Shown here one piece after another: positions 29,227 to 38,121 of a stretch of DNA of 64,000 nucleotides. The DNA lies in NCBI GenBank assembly GCA_963813535.1, contig CAWEZH010000002.1, positions 1,376,001 to 1,440,000 on the forward strand. Direction: 5' to 3'. Below the pieces are notes generated by a model. The model did no database searches, was not told where the DNA came from, and was given only the letters and a program-made list of their open reading frames with translations. The DNA is from an uncultured Chloroflexia bacterium. GTDB taxonomy: Bacteria; Chloroflexota; Limnocylindria; Limnocylindrales; CSP1-4. The translations under genes and the position numbers were made by a program. How positions within the stretch are numbered: position 1 is the first letter of the stretch; each line of letters opens with the position of its first letter.

Positions 29227-29922
29227 TCAAGTCGGCCGCCGGAAGACATAGCCGACGCCACGGACCGTATGGATGAACGCCGGCTGGCCCGGATCCTCCT
29301 CGATCTGGCTGCGCAGCCAATGTACGTGGACATCGACCGTGCGCGTCTCGCCGGCATAGTCGTACCCCCACACCTTCTCGAGCAGCTGATCGCGCGTGAA
29401 GACCTGGCCCGGGTTCCGGATCAGGAACGCGAGCAGCTCGAAGGCCTTCGGCTTGATCGGCAGGACCTCGCCGTCACGGAGCAGGCGATGGCCGCCGAGA
29501 TCGGCCTGGACGCGGCCGAGGTCGATGATGGTCGGGGCGGTGCCGGTGGCGACTCCCGCCTCTGCGCGGCGGAACAAGGCCCGGATGCGGGCAGTCAGCT
29601 CGCGGAGCGAGAACGGCTTGGTGACGTAGTCGTCCGCCCCGAGCTCCAGGCCGACGACCTTGTCGAGCTCGGAGTCCTTGGCCGTGAGCATCACGATCGG
29701 CACGCCGGATTCGGCACGGATGATGCGGGTGACCTCGATGCCCGACAGTTCCGGGAGCATCAGGTCGAGGAGCACGAGGTCCGGGCGCTCCCCCCGAAAA
29801 CGGGTCAGGGCCTCGCGCCCATCGGCCGCGGCGATGACCCTGAATCCCTCCGATTCGAGCGCGTCGACGATGGTCTCGCGCAGCGTCGGTTCGTCTTCGA
29901 CGACCAGGATCGTTCGTGCCAT
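29227..29922 (-). CDS. phoB: PhoB/RegX3-like DNA-binding response regulator
   Basis: Motifs ILVVEDE, LLDLMLP, MLTAKD, GADDYVTKPF and RTVDVHVHWLR, with an intact receiver. The phoB assignment is from context. Confidence 0.8.
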   Translation of the reverse strand: MARTILVVEDEPTLRETIVDALESEGFRVIAAADGREALTRFRGERPDLVLLDLMLPELSGIEVTRIIRAESGVPIVMLTAKDSELDKVVGLELGADDYVTKPFSLRELTARIRALFRRAEAGVATGTAPTIIDLGRVQADLGGHRLLRDGEVLPIKPKAFELLAFLIRNPGQVFTRDQLLEKVWGYDYAGETRTVDVHVHWLRSQIEEDPGQPAFIHTVRGVGYVFRRPT

Positions 29923-29946
29923 CCAGCGCCGAGCATAGCGAAGCGT

Positions 29947-29974
29947 GTTAACGACTCGTTCACGGGACGTCAGC
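29947..29974 (+). promoter_or_regulatory. Putative Pho box between the phoB-like gene and the YibE/F gene
   Basis: GTTAAC (29947), GTTCAC (29958) and GTCAGC (29969), in 11-bp phase. Confidence 0.65.
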
Positions 29975-30067
29975 ATCGCAACATCGGCGATCTGGGTCGC
30001 CCATTCGCGAGATCGGCCGGAGAGCTGGGCCGCGGCCTAGGATGTGATCCATGGGTACTCGTTCGCA

Positions 30068-31255
30068 GTGACGAACACCCCTGATCGAGCGGCCACACCC
30101 TTCTCCGGGCTGCGCCGCCATGCGCGGGCGCTCGCCATCGGGTTCGGTCTGGTCGTGGCGATCCTCCTTCTCGTCCCGGACGTGACGCCCCGGCCACCCA
30201 GCGTCGAGTCCGTGAAGCTCGTCCACGGTCGCATCCTCAGGATCGACCCGGGCAGCACGCCGTCACAGCCCAACGCCCGGGTCGAGGTCGTCGACGGCCT
30301 GCCTGGGGGGCCAGCCGCCGGCGACATCGTCGAGGGCTTCGTGCAGGGAACGACCGAATCGGCGCCCGACTACCGGGTGGGCGACGAGGTGATCGTCGAG
30401 ATCCTGGATGACCCGGAGGTCGGTTTCGTCGCGATCGCGGACCGCTATCGAGCCCCGACATTGGCGCTCTTGCTCGGGCTGTTCGCGGCGGCGGTGGTGA
30501 TCGTCGGAGGGTGGCGTGGCGTCCGCTCGCTCATCGCCCTGGCGCTGACGCTGGCCGTCGTGTTCCGGATCGTCGTGCCGCTCATCCTCGCTGGCTGGGA
30601 TCCCGCCTGGATCGCGATCCTCGCGGCGACCGGAGTCACCATCGTGACCTTCCTGCTCACCGAAGGGCTGCGCCGCTCCACGATCGCCGCCGCGGCGGGC
30701 ACGGGTGTCGCGCTCGTGCTCGTTGCCGTCCTGGCGTCAGCGTTCGATGCGATCCTCCGCTTCACGCCCCTTCGCGGCTCGGAGGACAACGCGTACCTCA
30801 TCTCGCTCGGTGGCACGAGCATCGATCTCGGCGGCGTCGTGCTTGCCGCGATCATCTTCGGAGCACTCGGCGTGCTGGACGACGTGACCGTCACCCAGGC
30901 GGCGACGGTCCAGGAGCTGCACGCGGCGGATCCCGTCGCTCGCCGGGCGACCCTGGCCGGCCGAGCGATGAATGTCGGCCGCTCGCACATCGCCGCGACC
31001 GTGAACACATTGGTCCTGGCCTATGTCGGCGCGTCTCTGCCCTTGATCATCCTGTTCGTGGCCGGCGGGCAGGATCCATCGCTGATCGCGTCAGAAGAGG
31101 TCGTCGCGGTCGAGGTCGTCCGAGCCCTGACCGGGAGCATCGGGATCGTGGCTGCGGTGCCGATCACCACGGCGATCGCCGTGGGACTGGTCGGGCGCCG
31201 GTCGCCGTTCCTTCCCAACGAGCGACAGACGCAGCGCGCGCCGGGTTGGGACTAG
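30068..31255 (+). CDS. YibE/F family membrane protein
   Basis: Motifs GALGVLDDVTVTQA, MNVGRSHIAATVNTLVLAYVGASLP and GSIGIVAAVPITT. Start is 30044 or 30068. Confidence 0.92.
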   Translation: MTNTPDRAATPFSGLRRHARALAIGFGLVVAILLLVPDVTPRPPSVESVKLVHGRILRIDPGSTPSQPNARVEVVDGLPGGPAAGDIVEGFVQGTTESAPDYRVGDEVIVEILDDPEVGFVAIADRYRAPTLALLLGLFAAAVVIVGGWRGVRSLIALALTLAVVFRIVVPLILAGWDPAWIAILAATGVTIVTFLLTEGLRRSTIAAAAGTGVALVLVAVLASAFDAILRFTPLRGSEDNAYLISLGGTSIDLGGVVLAAIIFGALGVLDDVTVTQAATVQELHAADPVARRATLAGRAMNVGRSHIAATVNTLVLAYVGASLPLIILFVAGGQDPSLIASEEVVAVEVVRALTGSIGIVAAVPITTAIAVGLVGRRSPFLPNERQTQRAPGWD

Positions 31256-31662
31256 TCCTGGCGGCGGTCGTCGGGCCGCTCCACGAAGGACTCGGTGAAC
31301 GCGCGGCATCGACCGTCGTCGCCGAACTCGAGCAGATAGACGTTGTCCCAGACGTTCGTGACCGTCGATCTCGTCGCGTCCGTGTAGTACCGACTCCAGC
31401 CCACGGCCACCGCCCGATCGCCGTCGACTGCGAACGGCTCGTAGTGCGCCTCCCAGGTACCGGGCTCGTCGCGAGTGCTTGCGTCGCCCGACGGTTCCAG
31501 CCAGGCCCGGACGATGGCCTCGCGCCCGACGAAGCCCTCGTCCGAAGGGTGGTAGCGATAGCGGGCGGCCTCCGAGAAGAGGTCGCCGATGGCCGCAGCG
31601 TCGTCTGCCGCCCAGGCGGCGATGTACCTGTCGAGCCAGGCCTGGACATCGTCACGGGTCAT
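31252..31662 (-). CDS. SnoaL/NTF2-like protein
   Basis: WLDRYIAAW..D...IGDLFSE.A.Y, GREAI and FGDDGRCRAFTE. Confidence 0.85.
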   Translation of the reverse strand: MTRDDVQAWLDRYIAAWAADDAAAIGDLFSEAARYRYHPSDEGFVGREAIVRAWLEPSGDASTRDEPGTWEAHYEPFAVDGDRAVAVGWSRYYTDATRSTVTNVWDNVYLLEFGDDGRCRAFTESFVERPDDRRQD

Positions 31663-33143
31663 GAGCCGAGCACCGCCAGTGCCCGATCGAGGCGGGCAAG
31701 GACGCGCTCGCGGCCAAGCGCGACGAGGGTGTCGAACAGCGGAGGCGTCGCGGTCCGGCCGGTCACGGCCACGCGGATCGCCATGAACAGGTCGCCCACC
31801 TTCCAGCCACGCTCCTCGGCCAGCGCACGGAGGGGCGGCTCCAGCTCATCGGCCTCGAACGACACGTCGCCGACCGCCTCGATCGTGTCGCGCGCCGCGC
31901 CCAGCCCATCTCGCGCCGTCGCGACGTCCCAGCGCTTGGGGACCAGCATCTCCGGCTCGAGGTCCACGTCGGTGACCCACAGGAAGCCGACGAGATCGCC
32001 GACGGCGCCGAGCGTCGGCAGACGCTCCTGGATGACCGGCATGAGCGCGCGCAGCTCGTCGTCGGCCGGCATCCACTCGATGCGCCCGGCTACCCTCTCG
32101 GCCTCGACGAACGGCCGCAGGCGGTCGATGAGGTCGTCCGGTTCGAAGCGACGGATCCACTGGCCGTTCATCCACTCGAGCCGCTCACGATCGAAGACCG
32201 CGCCACCTTTGTGCACGTCGGTCACGTCGAACCGCTCGATCAGCTCGTCGAGCGACAAGATCTCCTCCTCGGTCCCGGTCGACCAGCCGAGAAGGGCGAG
32301 GTAGTTGACGATCGCCTCGCGGACGAAGCCCTGCGCGACGTAGTCGTCGATCGCCGTCTGGCTCTTGCGCTTGCTCATCTTCGTCCGGTCCGGATTGAGG
32401 ATCAGCGGCAGGTGCGCGAAACGCGGTACCGCATGACCGAGGGCACGGAACAGGAGGATGTGCTTCGGGGTGTTGGAGAGGTGGTCCTCGCCGCGGATGA
32501 CCTCGGTCACCTCCATGGCAGCGTCGTCGACGACGACCGTGAAGTGGTAGAGCGGCGTCCCGTCAGCCCGCACGATCACGAAATCGCCGCCGAGATTGGC
32601 CACATCGATCTCGACGCGGCCGCGGACGATGTCATCGAAGCCAACGACCCCCTCGCCCACGCGGAAGCGCAGCGCGCCTCGGCGCCCCTCCGCCTCTCGG
32701 GCACGCCGTTCGTCAGGCGTGAGATGGGCGCAGCGACCGACGTAGCGGGGTGGCTCGTGGGCGGCTTCCTGGGCGCGCCGATCGGCCTCCAGCTCCTCGA
32801 GGGTGCAGTAGCAGGGATAGGCCAGGTCGTCGGCGAGGAGCCGCTGGGCGGCGGCGGCGTACGCCGGCAGCCGCTCCATCTGGCGGTACGGCCCGTGCGG
32901 GCCGCGGGCGGGCTCGCCGGCGACCTCCGGACCCTCGTCCCAGTCCAGGCCGAGCCAGTGCAGTCCATCGAGGATGTCCTTCTCGAATTCGACGGTGCTG
33001 CGGACCTGGTCGGTGTCCTCGAGCCGGAGGATGAACGTGCCACCCACGTGGCGGGCGTGCAGGAAGTTGTAGAGGGCGGTCCTGGCGGTACCGATGTGGA
33101 GCGGCCCGGTCGGGCTCGGGGCGATGCGGACGCGGCTGGTCAC
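31659..33143 (-). CDS. gltX: Glutamate--tRNA ligase
   Basis: Motifs RIAPSPTGPLHIG, RLEDTD, IRGEDHLSN and KMSKR; anticodon-binding domain present. Confidence 0.97.
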   Translation of the reverse strand: MTSRVRIAPSPTGPLHIGTARTALYNFLHARHVGGTFILRLEDTDQVRSTVEFEKDILDGLHWLGLDWDEGPEVAGEPARGPHGPYRQMERLPAYAAAAQRLLADDLAYPCYCTLEELEADRRAQEAAHEPPRYVGRCAHLTPDERRAREAEGRRGALRFRVGEGVVGFDDIVRGRVEIDVANLGGDFVIVRADGTPLYHFTVVVDDAAMEVTEVIRGEDHLSNTPKHILLFRALGHAVPRFAHLPLILNPDRTKMSKRKSQTAIDDYVAQGFVREAIVNYLALLGWSTGTEEEILSLDELIERFDVTDVHKGGAVFDRERLEWMNGQWIRRFEPDDLIDRLRPFVEAERVAGRIEWMPADDELRALMPVIQERLPTLGAVGDLVGFLWVTDVDLEPEMLVPKRWDVATARDGLGAARDTIEAVGDVSFEADELEPPLRALAEERGWKVGDLFMAIRVAVTGRTATPPLFDTLVALGRERVLARLDRALAVLGS

Positions 33144-33868
33144 CGCTCGGGGACCGTGTGGAATAGCCCGGGGTCCGCCTCGCCGTGAAGGACCCGGATG
33201 AGCGCGGCAGGTCGGAGCCCGAGCGTCGCCCGACCGCGAGGACCATCAAGCGTCAAGGAGTCGAGCGATTCCGAGCGGGCCAGGATGGTCACCGGCGCGC
33301 CCGGCTTGAGCGCGCGGGCCTCGAGGTAGGAGAGCAGGCCCGCGTCCTCCTCGGCCGCCTCGGTGATGCGATAGATCGTGGCATGCGTGCCCGCCTCGAC
33401 CTCGGACAGCCGCACCCCGGCGGGTCGCTTTCGCGCCGTCGCCGCATCGATCGGGTTGCCGTGGGGGCAGATCTCCGGATGGCCGAGCATCTCGTCGAGC
33501 CGTGCCTCGACGCGCGGCGAGATGGCGACCTGGAGCCGCATCGCCTCCTCGTCCGACTCGGCCCACCCCAGCCCGACGACGCTCGTCAGGAGCCACTCGA
33601 GCAGCGCGTGGCGCCGGAAGATGGCGTCCGCCGCAGCGCGACCGGGCGTCGTGAGCCGGAGCTCTCGGCCGCCGTCATGCTCGACCAGACCGTCGGTGCC
33701 GAGCCGTCGGAACATCTCGCTGGCCGCCTGCGTAGTCACGCCGAGGTGGCGCGCGATCTCCGCGGCCGTCGCTCGTGACCCTTCCTCCGAGCCCGCCGTC
33801 ACTCGCAGCGCGAGCAGGTACTCCTGCGCTGCGGCCGACAGGTCGCGCTGGTCGCTCCGACGGGGCAT
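33140..33868 (-). CDS. DtxR/MntR/IdeR family transcriptional regulator with FeoA-like C-terminal domain
   Basis: wHTH, RRHALLE..L, CPHGNPI and an SH3/FeoA-like tail. Confidence 0.9.
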   Translation of the reverse strand: MPRRSDQRDLSAAAQEYLLALRVTAGSEEGSRATAAEIARHLGVTTQAASEMFRRLGTDGLVEHDGGRELRLTTPGRAAADAIFRRHALLEWLLTSVVGLGWAESDEEAMRLQVAISPRVEARLDEMLGHPEICPHGNPIDAATARKRPAGVRLSEVEAGTHATIYRITEAAEEDAGLLSYLEARALKPGAPVTILARSESLDSLTLDGPRGRATLGLRPAALIRVLHGEADPGLFHTVPER

Positions 33869-33872
33869 GCCC

Positions 33873-35213
33873 TCAGGATACCGGGCTGGCCCTGCGCCGA
33901 ACCTCGCGAGCGACGCCGTAGCCCAGACCGGCGACCCACGCCAGGATCATCAACCCGCCCAGGATCGATCTGCCCGTCGCCATGCTCTCGGGGTCGCCGG
34001 TGGCGAACAGGAGGAGCGACGCCGGGAAGACCGTCCCGAGGATGGCGATCGTGCCGATCGTCGCGACTCGTGCCAGCCTCGGCAGCAGGATCAGCAGGAG
34101 CAGCAACCCGAGCTGCGCGACCCATGTGAGCGGCGCCACCGCGGGCGGGCACGTGGCGGCGAACCGGCCGCACCCGGTCACTTCGCCAGCGAACCATCCG
34201 GCGCCGAGTGCGATGGGCGCCCAACCGATGACGGCGCGCCCGATGCGTGCGACGCTCGTCGGGTGGTCGTCGTCCAGCCAGCCGCGGATGGAGGCCATCA
34301 CCGCATCGGTCGAGAGGTCCGCCGCCAGGTCGTCGACGTCGATGGTCCGAGCGACGGGAGGGGCCGTCGGGCGCGGAGCGGCTCCCGGCGGTCGGCTGCC
34401 GCCGCCCGCGGACGAGCTCGTCGCCGGTTCCGCCGTCGTCGCCTCCCACCACGACGAGGTCGTGTGGGTCGGCGGCGGCGGTCCGGCCGTCGTGCCGGAG
34501 GCATCGACGTCGATGGACGGCCCGGACGATGGCGGTGCGGTGTCATCGACGGTGTCCGAGGCGCCCATCGCCGACACGCTCGGCGCGTCATCGTCGCGCT
34601 CCTGTCGCGCTCTGCGCGCTCGGGCCTGGTACTCGGGCCCGTGCTTGCGGGGATCCGCGTATTCCTTCGGATTGAGCGTCCAGTACGTCCCCGACGTCGT
34701 GCCGTACCACGACGCGCCGCCCCAGTCGGGCTCGAACGTCTCCGGATCGACGTCGTCGTACGACGTGGAGCCGAGCGTCGCCTTCTTCGGTCGCCGCTGC
34801 CCTGGATCGTCGGCGTCGCGCGCGCGACCGTCGCGACCGGGCGTGTCGGGCCGACCCGTCCGAGTGGATCCATCGGGTCGAGGCGATGACCTCGGCCGTG
34901 GACCGGGTCGCGGTCCGGGCCTCGGCCGAGGTCGGCCGCCGTACGCGCGATAGGTGGCGCCGGCTCGGTCCGCGTCGGCATCGTAGGCTCGTCGAGTGGC
35001 TCCCGGCCTGCCTCGCCCGACCGTGGGTGGTCCCGACCCATCCGGCCCGGCGATCTGGTCGTAGGCCGCCTGGATGGCGAGGAACCGCGGCAGCGCCGCC
35101 TCACCGGCGGCGTCGGGGTGGTTCGCCTTGACGAGGCGTCGATAGGCGCGCTTGACCTCATCGAGGGATGCCCCTCGGTCGAGGCCGAGCGTGCGATACG
35201 GGTCGTCGGGCAT
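33873..35213 (-). CDS. Membrane-anchored J-domain protein
   Basis: DPYRTLGL..KRAYRRLVKANHPD J-domain, a disordered linker and about 4 C-terminal TM helices. Confidence 0.85.
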   Translation of the reverse strand: MPDDPYRTLGLDRGASLDEVKRAYRRLVKANHPDAAGEAALPRFLAIQAAYDQIAGPDGSGPPTVGRGRPGATRRAYDADADRAGATYRAYGGRPRPRPGPRPGPRPRSSPRPDGSTRTGRPDTPGRDGRARDADDPGQRRPKKATLGSTSYDDVDPETFEPDWGGASWYGTTSGTYWTLNPKEYADPRKHGPEYQARARRARQERDDDAPSVSAMGASDTVDDTAPPSSGPSIDVDASGTTAGPPPPTHTTSSWWEATTAEPATSSSAGGGSRPPGAAPRPTAPPVARTIDVDDLAADLSTDAVMASIRGWLDDDHPTSVARIGRAVIGWAPIALGAGWFAGEVTGCGRFAATCPPAVAPLTWVAQLGLLLLLILLPRLARVATIGTIAILGTVFPASLLLFATGDPESMATGRSILGGLMILAWVAGLGYGVAREVRRRASPVS

Positions 35214-35270
35214 CGGTCGGTGCGCTCCTGGCCGGGCTCGGGTTCGAGGGCCCTCGGAGGGCCGCCCCCG

Positions 35271-36416
35271 TCAGCCGATCAGTTCGCCGACAGGCGCGAG
35301 CTCGAACTCCGGGATCGATTCTGCGCCGACCCGGCCGTGAGGGTCGAGGATCGTCGGTCGGTGGTAGCGGACCAGCATCCGAAGCGCCTGCCCGTCGAGG
35401 ACGCCGACCTGCCGTAGGGCCTCGACCGACGCGGCCCAGGTGCCGCGGTCGTAGCCGTCGCCATCCTCGATCTTGACCGCCAATCCCGACGCCTCGTCGA
35501 GCAACGTCCCGGAGCGCGGACCGGGCAGGATCGCGACGGCGCGGAGTGCCTCCATGCCCGCCTTGCTGACCAGGCGGCCCTCGACCGCCTTCATAAGCGA
35601 TGTGTCGAGTCGATCGTGTCGCCCGGCGACCATCTCCGGGTTGTCGACCATGGCGTCGCGCACGATCGTGAGCGCGGGTGCCAGCGAGCTGCGCGTGTCG
35701 CGCGATGGCACGCTCGACGGGTCGGCCAGGAATGCGTACGCCTGGGCGACCTGTCGAAGGCGGAAGCCGTAGGTCTCTACCCCGCAGCCGTCGATGGCGG
35801 TCTCGAGCCGCTCCGGGGTCGTCCCGTAGGCCCGGGCGACAGCCGAGCGGTACGCGGCCTGCGACGGATGCTCCGGCTGCCAGTAGGTCTCGGGATCCCA
35901 GCCCTTGAGACGAGACAGCAGCAGCGAGACGGCGTGTTGCCCGGAGCACATGTGACGGATCGCTCCGGGCTTCTCCCCGTCACGCGCAAGACGGGCGGCG
36001 GTCAGCGGATCGAGGGGCATGCCCTCGTTCCCGCACGCGAGCATCGATTGGCTCACTCCGGCCCGACGGAACATCCCCTGCAGGGTCCGGACGTGGAAGT
36101 CCTCGCCGGAGTGCGAGCTCGCCATGATCGCGAGCTCGGCCGGCTCGAGATCGAATGCCTCGATCCCGCCAGCCTCGATGAGCGCCACCAGACCGAACGG
36201 TTTGACGGTCGAGCGGAGCGTGACGACCCGGTCCGGGTCACCGAGGGAGCGGATCAGCCGACCGCTGGCGTCGGCCTCGACGATGTCGCCGCGGTGGACA
36301 CTCTCCTCGATGCCGTTCCTCATGTGGCGGACGAGCACCGGCGTGTCGGCACGAACGCGGTTCCGGGTCCGTGCCCGACCGGTCCGAGGGGTCGCGCGCT
36401 CCGCGGCGAGGGTCAC
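35271..36416 (-). CDS. L-asparaginase II family (Rhizobium AnsA type)
   Basis: Motifs ESVHRG, RSTVKPF, ASSHSGE..H, CSGQH, DGCG and AVKIEDG. Confidence 0.85.
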   Translation of the reverse strand: MTLAAERATPRTGRARTRNRVRADTPVLVRHMRNGIEESVHRGDIVEADASGRLIRSLGDPDRVVTLRSTVKPFGLVALIEAGGIEAFDLEPAELAIMASSHSGEDFHVRTLQGMFRRAGVSQSMLACGNEGMPLDPLTAARLARDGEKPGAIRHMCSGQHAVSLLLSRLKGWDPETYWQPEHPSQAAYRSAVARAYGTTPERLETAIDGCGVETYGFRLRQVAQAYAFLADPSSVPSRDTRSSLAPALTIVRDAMVDNPEMVAGRHDRLDTSLMKAVEGRLVSKAGMEALRAVAILPGPRSGTLLDEASGLAVKIEDGDGYDRGTWAASVEALRQVGVLDGQALRMLVRYHRPTILDPHGRVGAESIPEFELAPVGELIG

Positions 36417-36575
36417 CCCGCGAGGATACCGCGCACGGCGTCACGTGGGGGCCGTGTCTGACGCGCCATCGAGACCCGATGGTCCCGCTGCTCGGTGGGC
36501 CCTCCGCATGGCGGTTTCGACGCGTGCCCACTGCTACGGTCCTGTCCGATGTCTCGGGGATCGGTCCGGTTCGGT

Positions 36576-37331
36576 ATGCGCGTCGCCGCGATGCTCGTGA
36601 TCGCTGCGATGGGCATCGGCTGCCTCCCGCCAGCGCAGGCTGGGACCCGCGACTCGACCGGACCCGCCGTCCCCGCTGCGTCCGCATCCGCACGGCCATC
36701 GCCGACGTCACCGACGTTCCTCGCGGCGATCGCCGCGTTCACGAAGCGCGTGACGAGCGGGAAGCTCACCTATCGCGTGGCCTTCAAGGGGAACGTCCGG
36801 GCCTCCTCCGACGATTTGCCGATCGCGGGGTCGATGGACGTGTCCGGCGCCGATTTCGCCAGCACGTTCACGTATGACATGAGCCGCGAATACGACCTGG
36901 GCAAGATCCGCGTCCAGGTTCGCGGGGTGAAGGGCAAGGGCTACATCAAGTCCGGAGCCGCGGCGTGGCGGGCCATCAAGGGCTTTGGCGTCGGGTATTC
37001 GTACGTCCCGTTCAAGACTGTCGCGGGTCCCGGTGACGTGAAGTACCTCGGCGCGGTCAAGGTGGGCGGCAAGACCTTCCACAGGATCGGCCTCACCGGC
37101 GCCCTGCTGATCCACCCCAACACGATCCCCGGGATGTCGCAGAAGGAGAAGGTCGACGACACCGTCCTCGAGGTCGTGATCGACAATTCCGGACGGCCCC
37201 GGTCGGGGTCCTGGACCCTGTGGGGCAAGTCCCGCGTCGGCGTGGGCGCCGGACAGCTCCAGCGCGTCGTCTACGAGCTCACCCTGACGTTCACCAAGGT
37301 CGGTTCGAAGGTCAAGATCTCCCGGCCGTAG
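36576..37331 (+). CDS. Putative lipoprotein (basic, beta-rich)
   Basis: Signal MRVAAMLVIAAMGIG-C, a Pro/Ser linker, and a beta-rich domain reminiscent of LolA/LppX folds. Confidence 0.65.
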   Translation: MRVAAMLVIAAMGIGCLPPAQAGTRDSTGPAVPAASASARPSPTSPTFLAAIAAFTKRVTSGKLTYRVAFKGNVRASSDDLPIAGSMDVSGADFASTFTYDMSREYDLGKIRVQVRGVKGKGYIKSGAAAWRAIKGFGVGYSYVPFKTVAGPGDVKYLGAVKVGGKTFHRIGLTGALLIHPNTIPGMSQKEKVDDTVLEVVIDNSGRPRSGSWTLWGKSRVGVGAGQLQRVVYELTLTFTKVGSKVKISRP

Positions 37332-37360
37332 AGTTGCCGGTGGCCATCGGCCGGCGTCGA

Positions 37361-38023
37361 TCAGCCCTGGCCGCCGGTCCCGAACTGGCGGTCCCCGGCG
37401 TCACCCAGGCCCGGCATGATGTAGCCCTTCTCGTTGAGGCCGCGATCGAGCGCGGCGCAATGGATCTCGACGTCCGGGTGCGCGGTCTGGACCGCCGCCA
37501 CACCTTCCGGCGCGGCGATCAAGTTCACGAGCTTGATCCGCACCGGCTGCACGGCGCCCCAGCGCTTGAGCACGTCGATGGCCGCGGTGGCGCTGCCACC
37601 CGTCGCCAGCATCGGGTCGAGGATCAGGCACAGGTCGACGGTCGCGGAGTCCGGCAGCTTGTTGTAGTACTCGACGGGTCGCAGCGTCCGCTCGTCGCGG
37701 AACAGGCCGAGGTGCCAGACCTGGGCGGTCGGCATGAGCTCGAGCATCGCGTCGACCATGCCGAGGCCCGCTCGCAGGATGGGGATCAGGCCGATCCGCT
37801 CGCCGAGCTCGCTCGCGTCCATCTCCTCCATGGGGGTCCGGATGCGGAGCGGGCGGGTCTTGACGTCCTGGAGCGCCTCGTAACCGAGCAGCCAGCTGAG
37901 CTCGCGCACGACCTCGCGGAACTTCTTGGGCTCGGTGTCCTGGTCGCGCAGGACGGCGAGCTTGTGCAGGACTGCCGGGTGCGTCGAGACGTGCAGGGTC
38001 TCGCGAAGGTCGGGCTGGGTCAC
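37361..38023 (-). CDS. upp: Uracil phosphoribosyltransferase
   Basis: Motifs [19 protein letters not shown] and [12 protein letters not shown]. Confidence 0.97.
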   Translation of the reverse strand: MTQPDLRETLHVSTHPAVLHKLAVLRDQDTEPKKFREVVRELSWLLGYEALQDVKTRPLRIRTPMEEMDASELGERIGLIPILRAGLGMVDAMLELMPTAQVWHLGLFRDERTLRPVEYYNKLPDSATVDLCLILDPMLATGGSATAAIDVLKRWGAVQPVRIKLVNLIAAPEGVAAVQTAHPDVEIHCAALDRGLNEKGYIMPGLGDAGDRQFGTGGQG

Positions 38024-38069
38024 GGCGCGATGGTAGCGCGACCCGAGGAGGGCGATCCCTGGAATCCGA

Positions 38070-38099
38070 AGGGCCGGCCCGACGGATCGGACCGGCCCT
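38070..38099 (-). terminator. Stem-loop downstream of the ABC substrate-binding gene
   Basis: Minus strand AGGGCCGGTCCGA-TCCG-TCGGGCCGGCCCT. Confidence 0.55.
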
Positions 38100-38121
38100 C
38101 CTCATCGCACGGTGACTGGGG

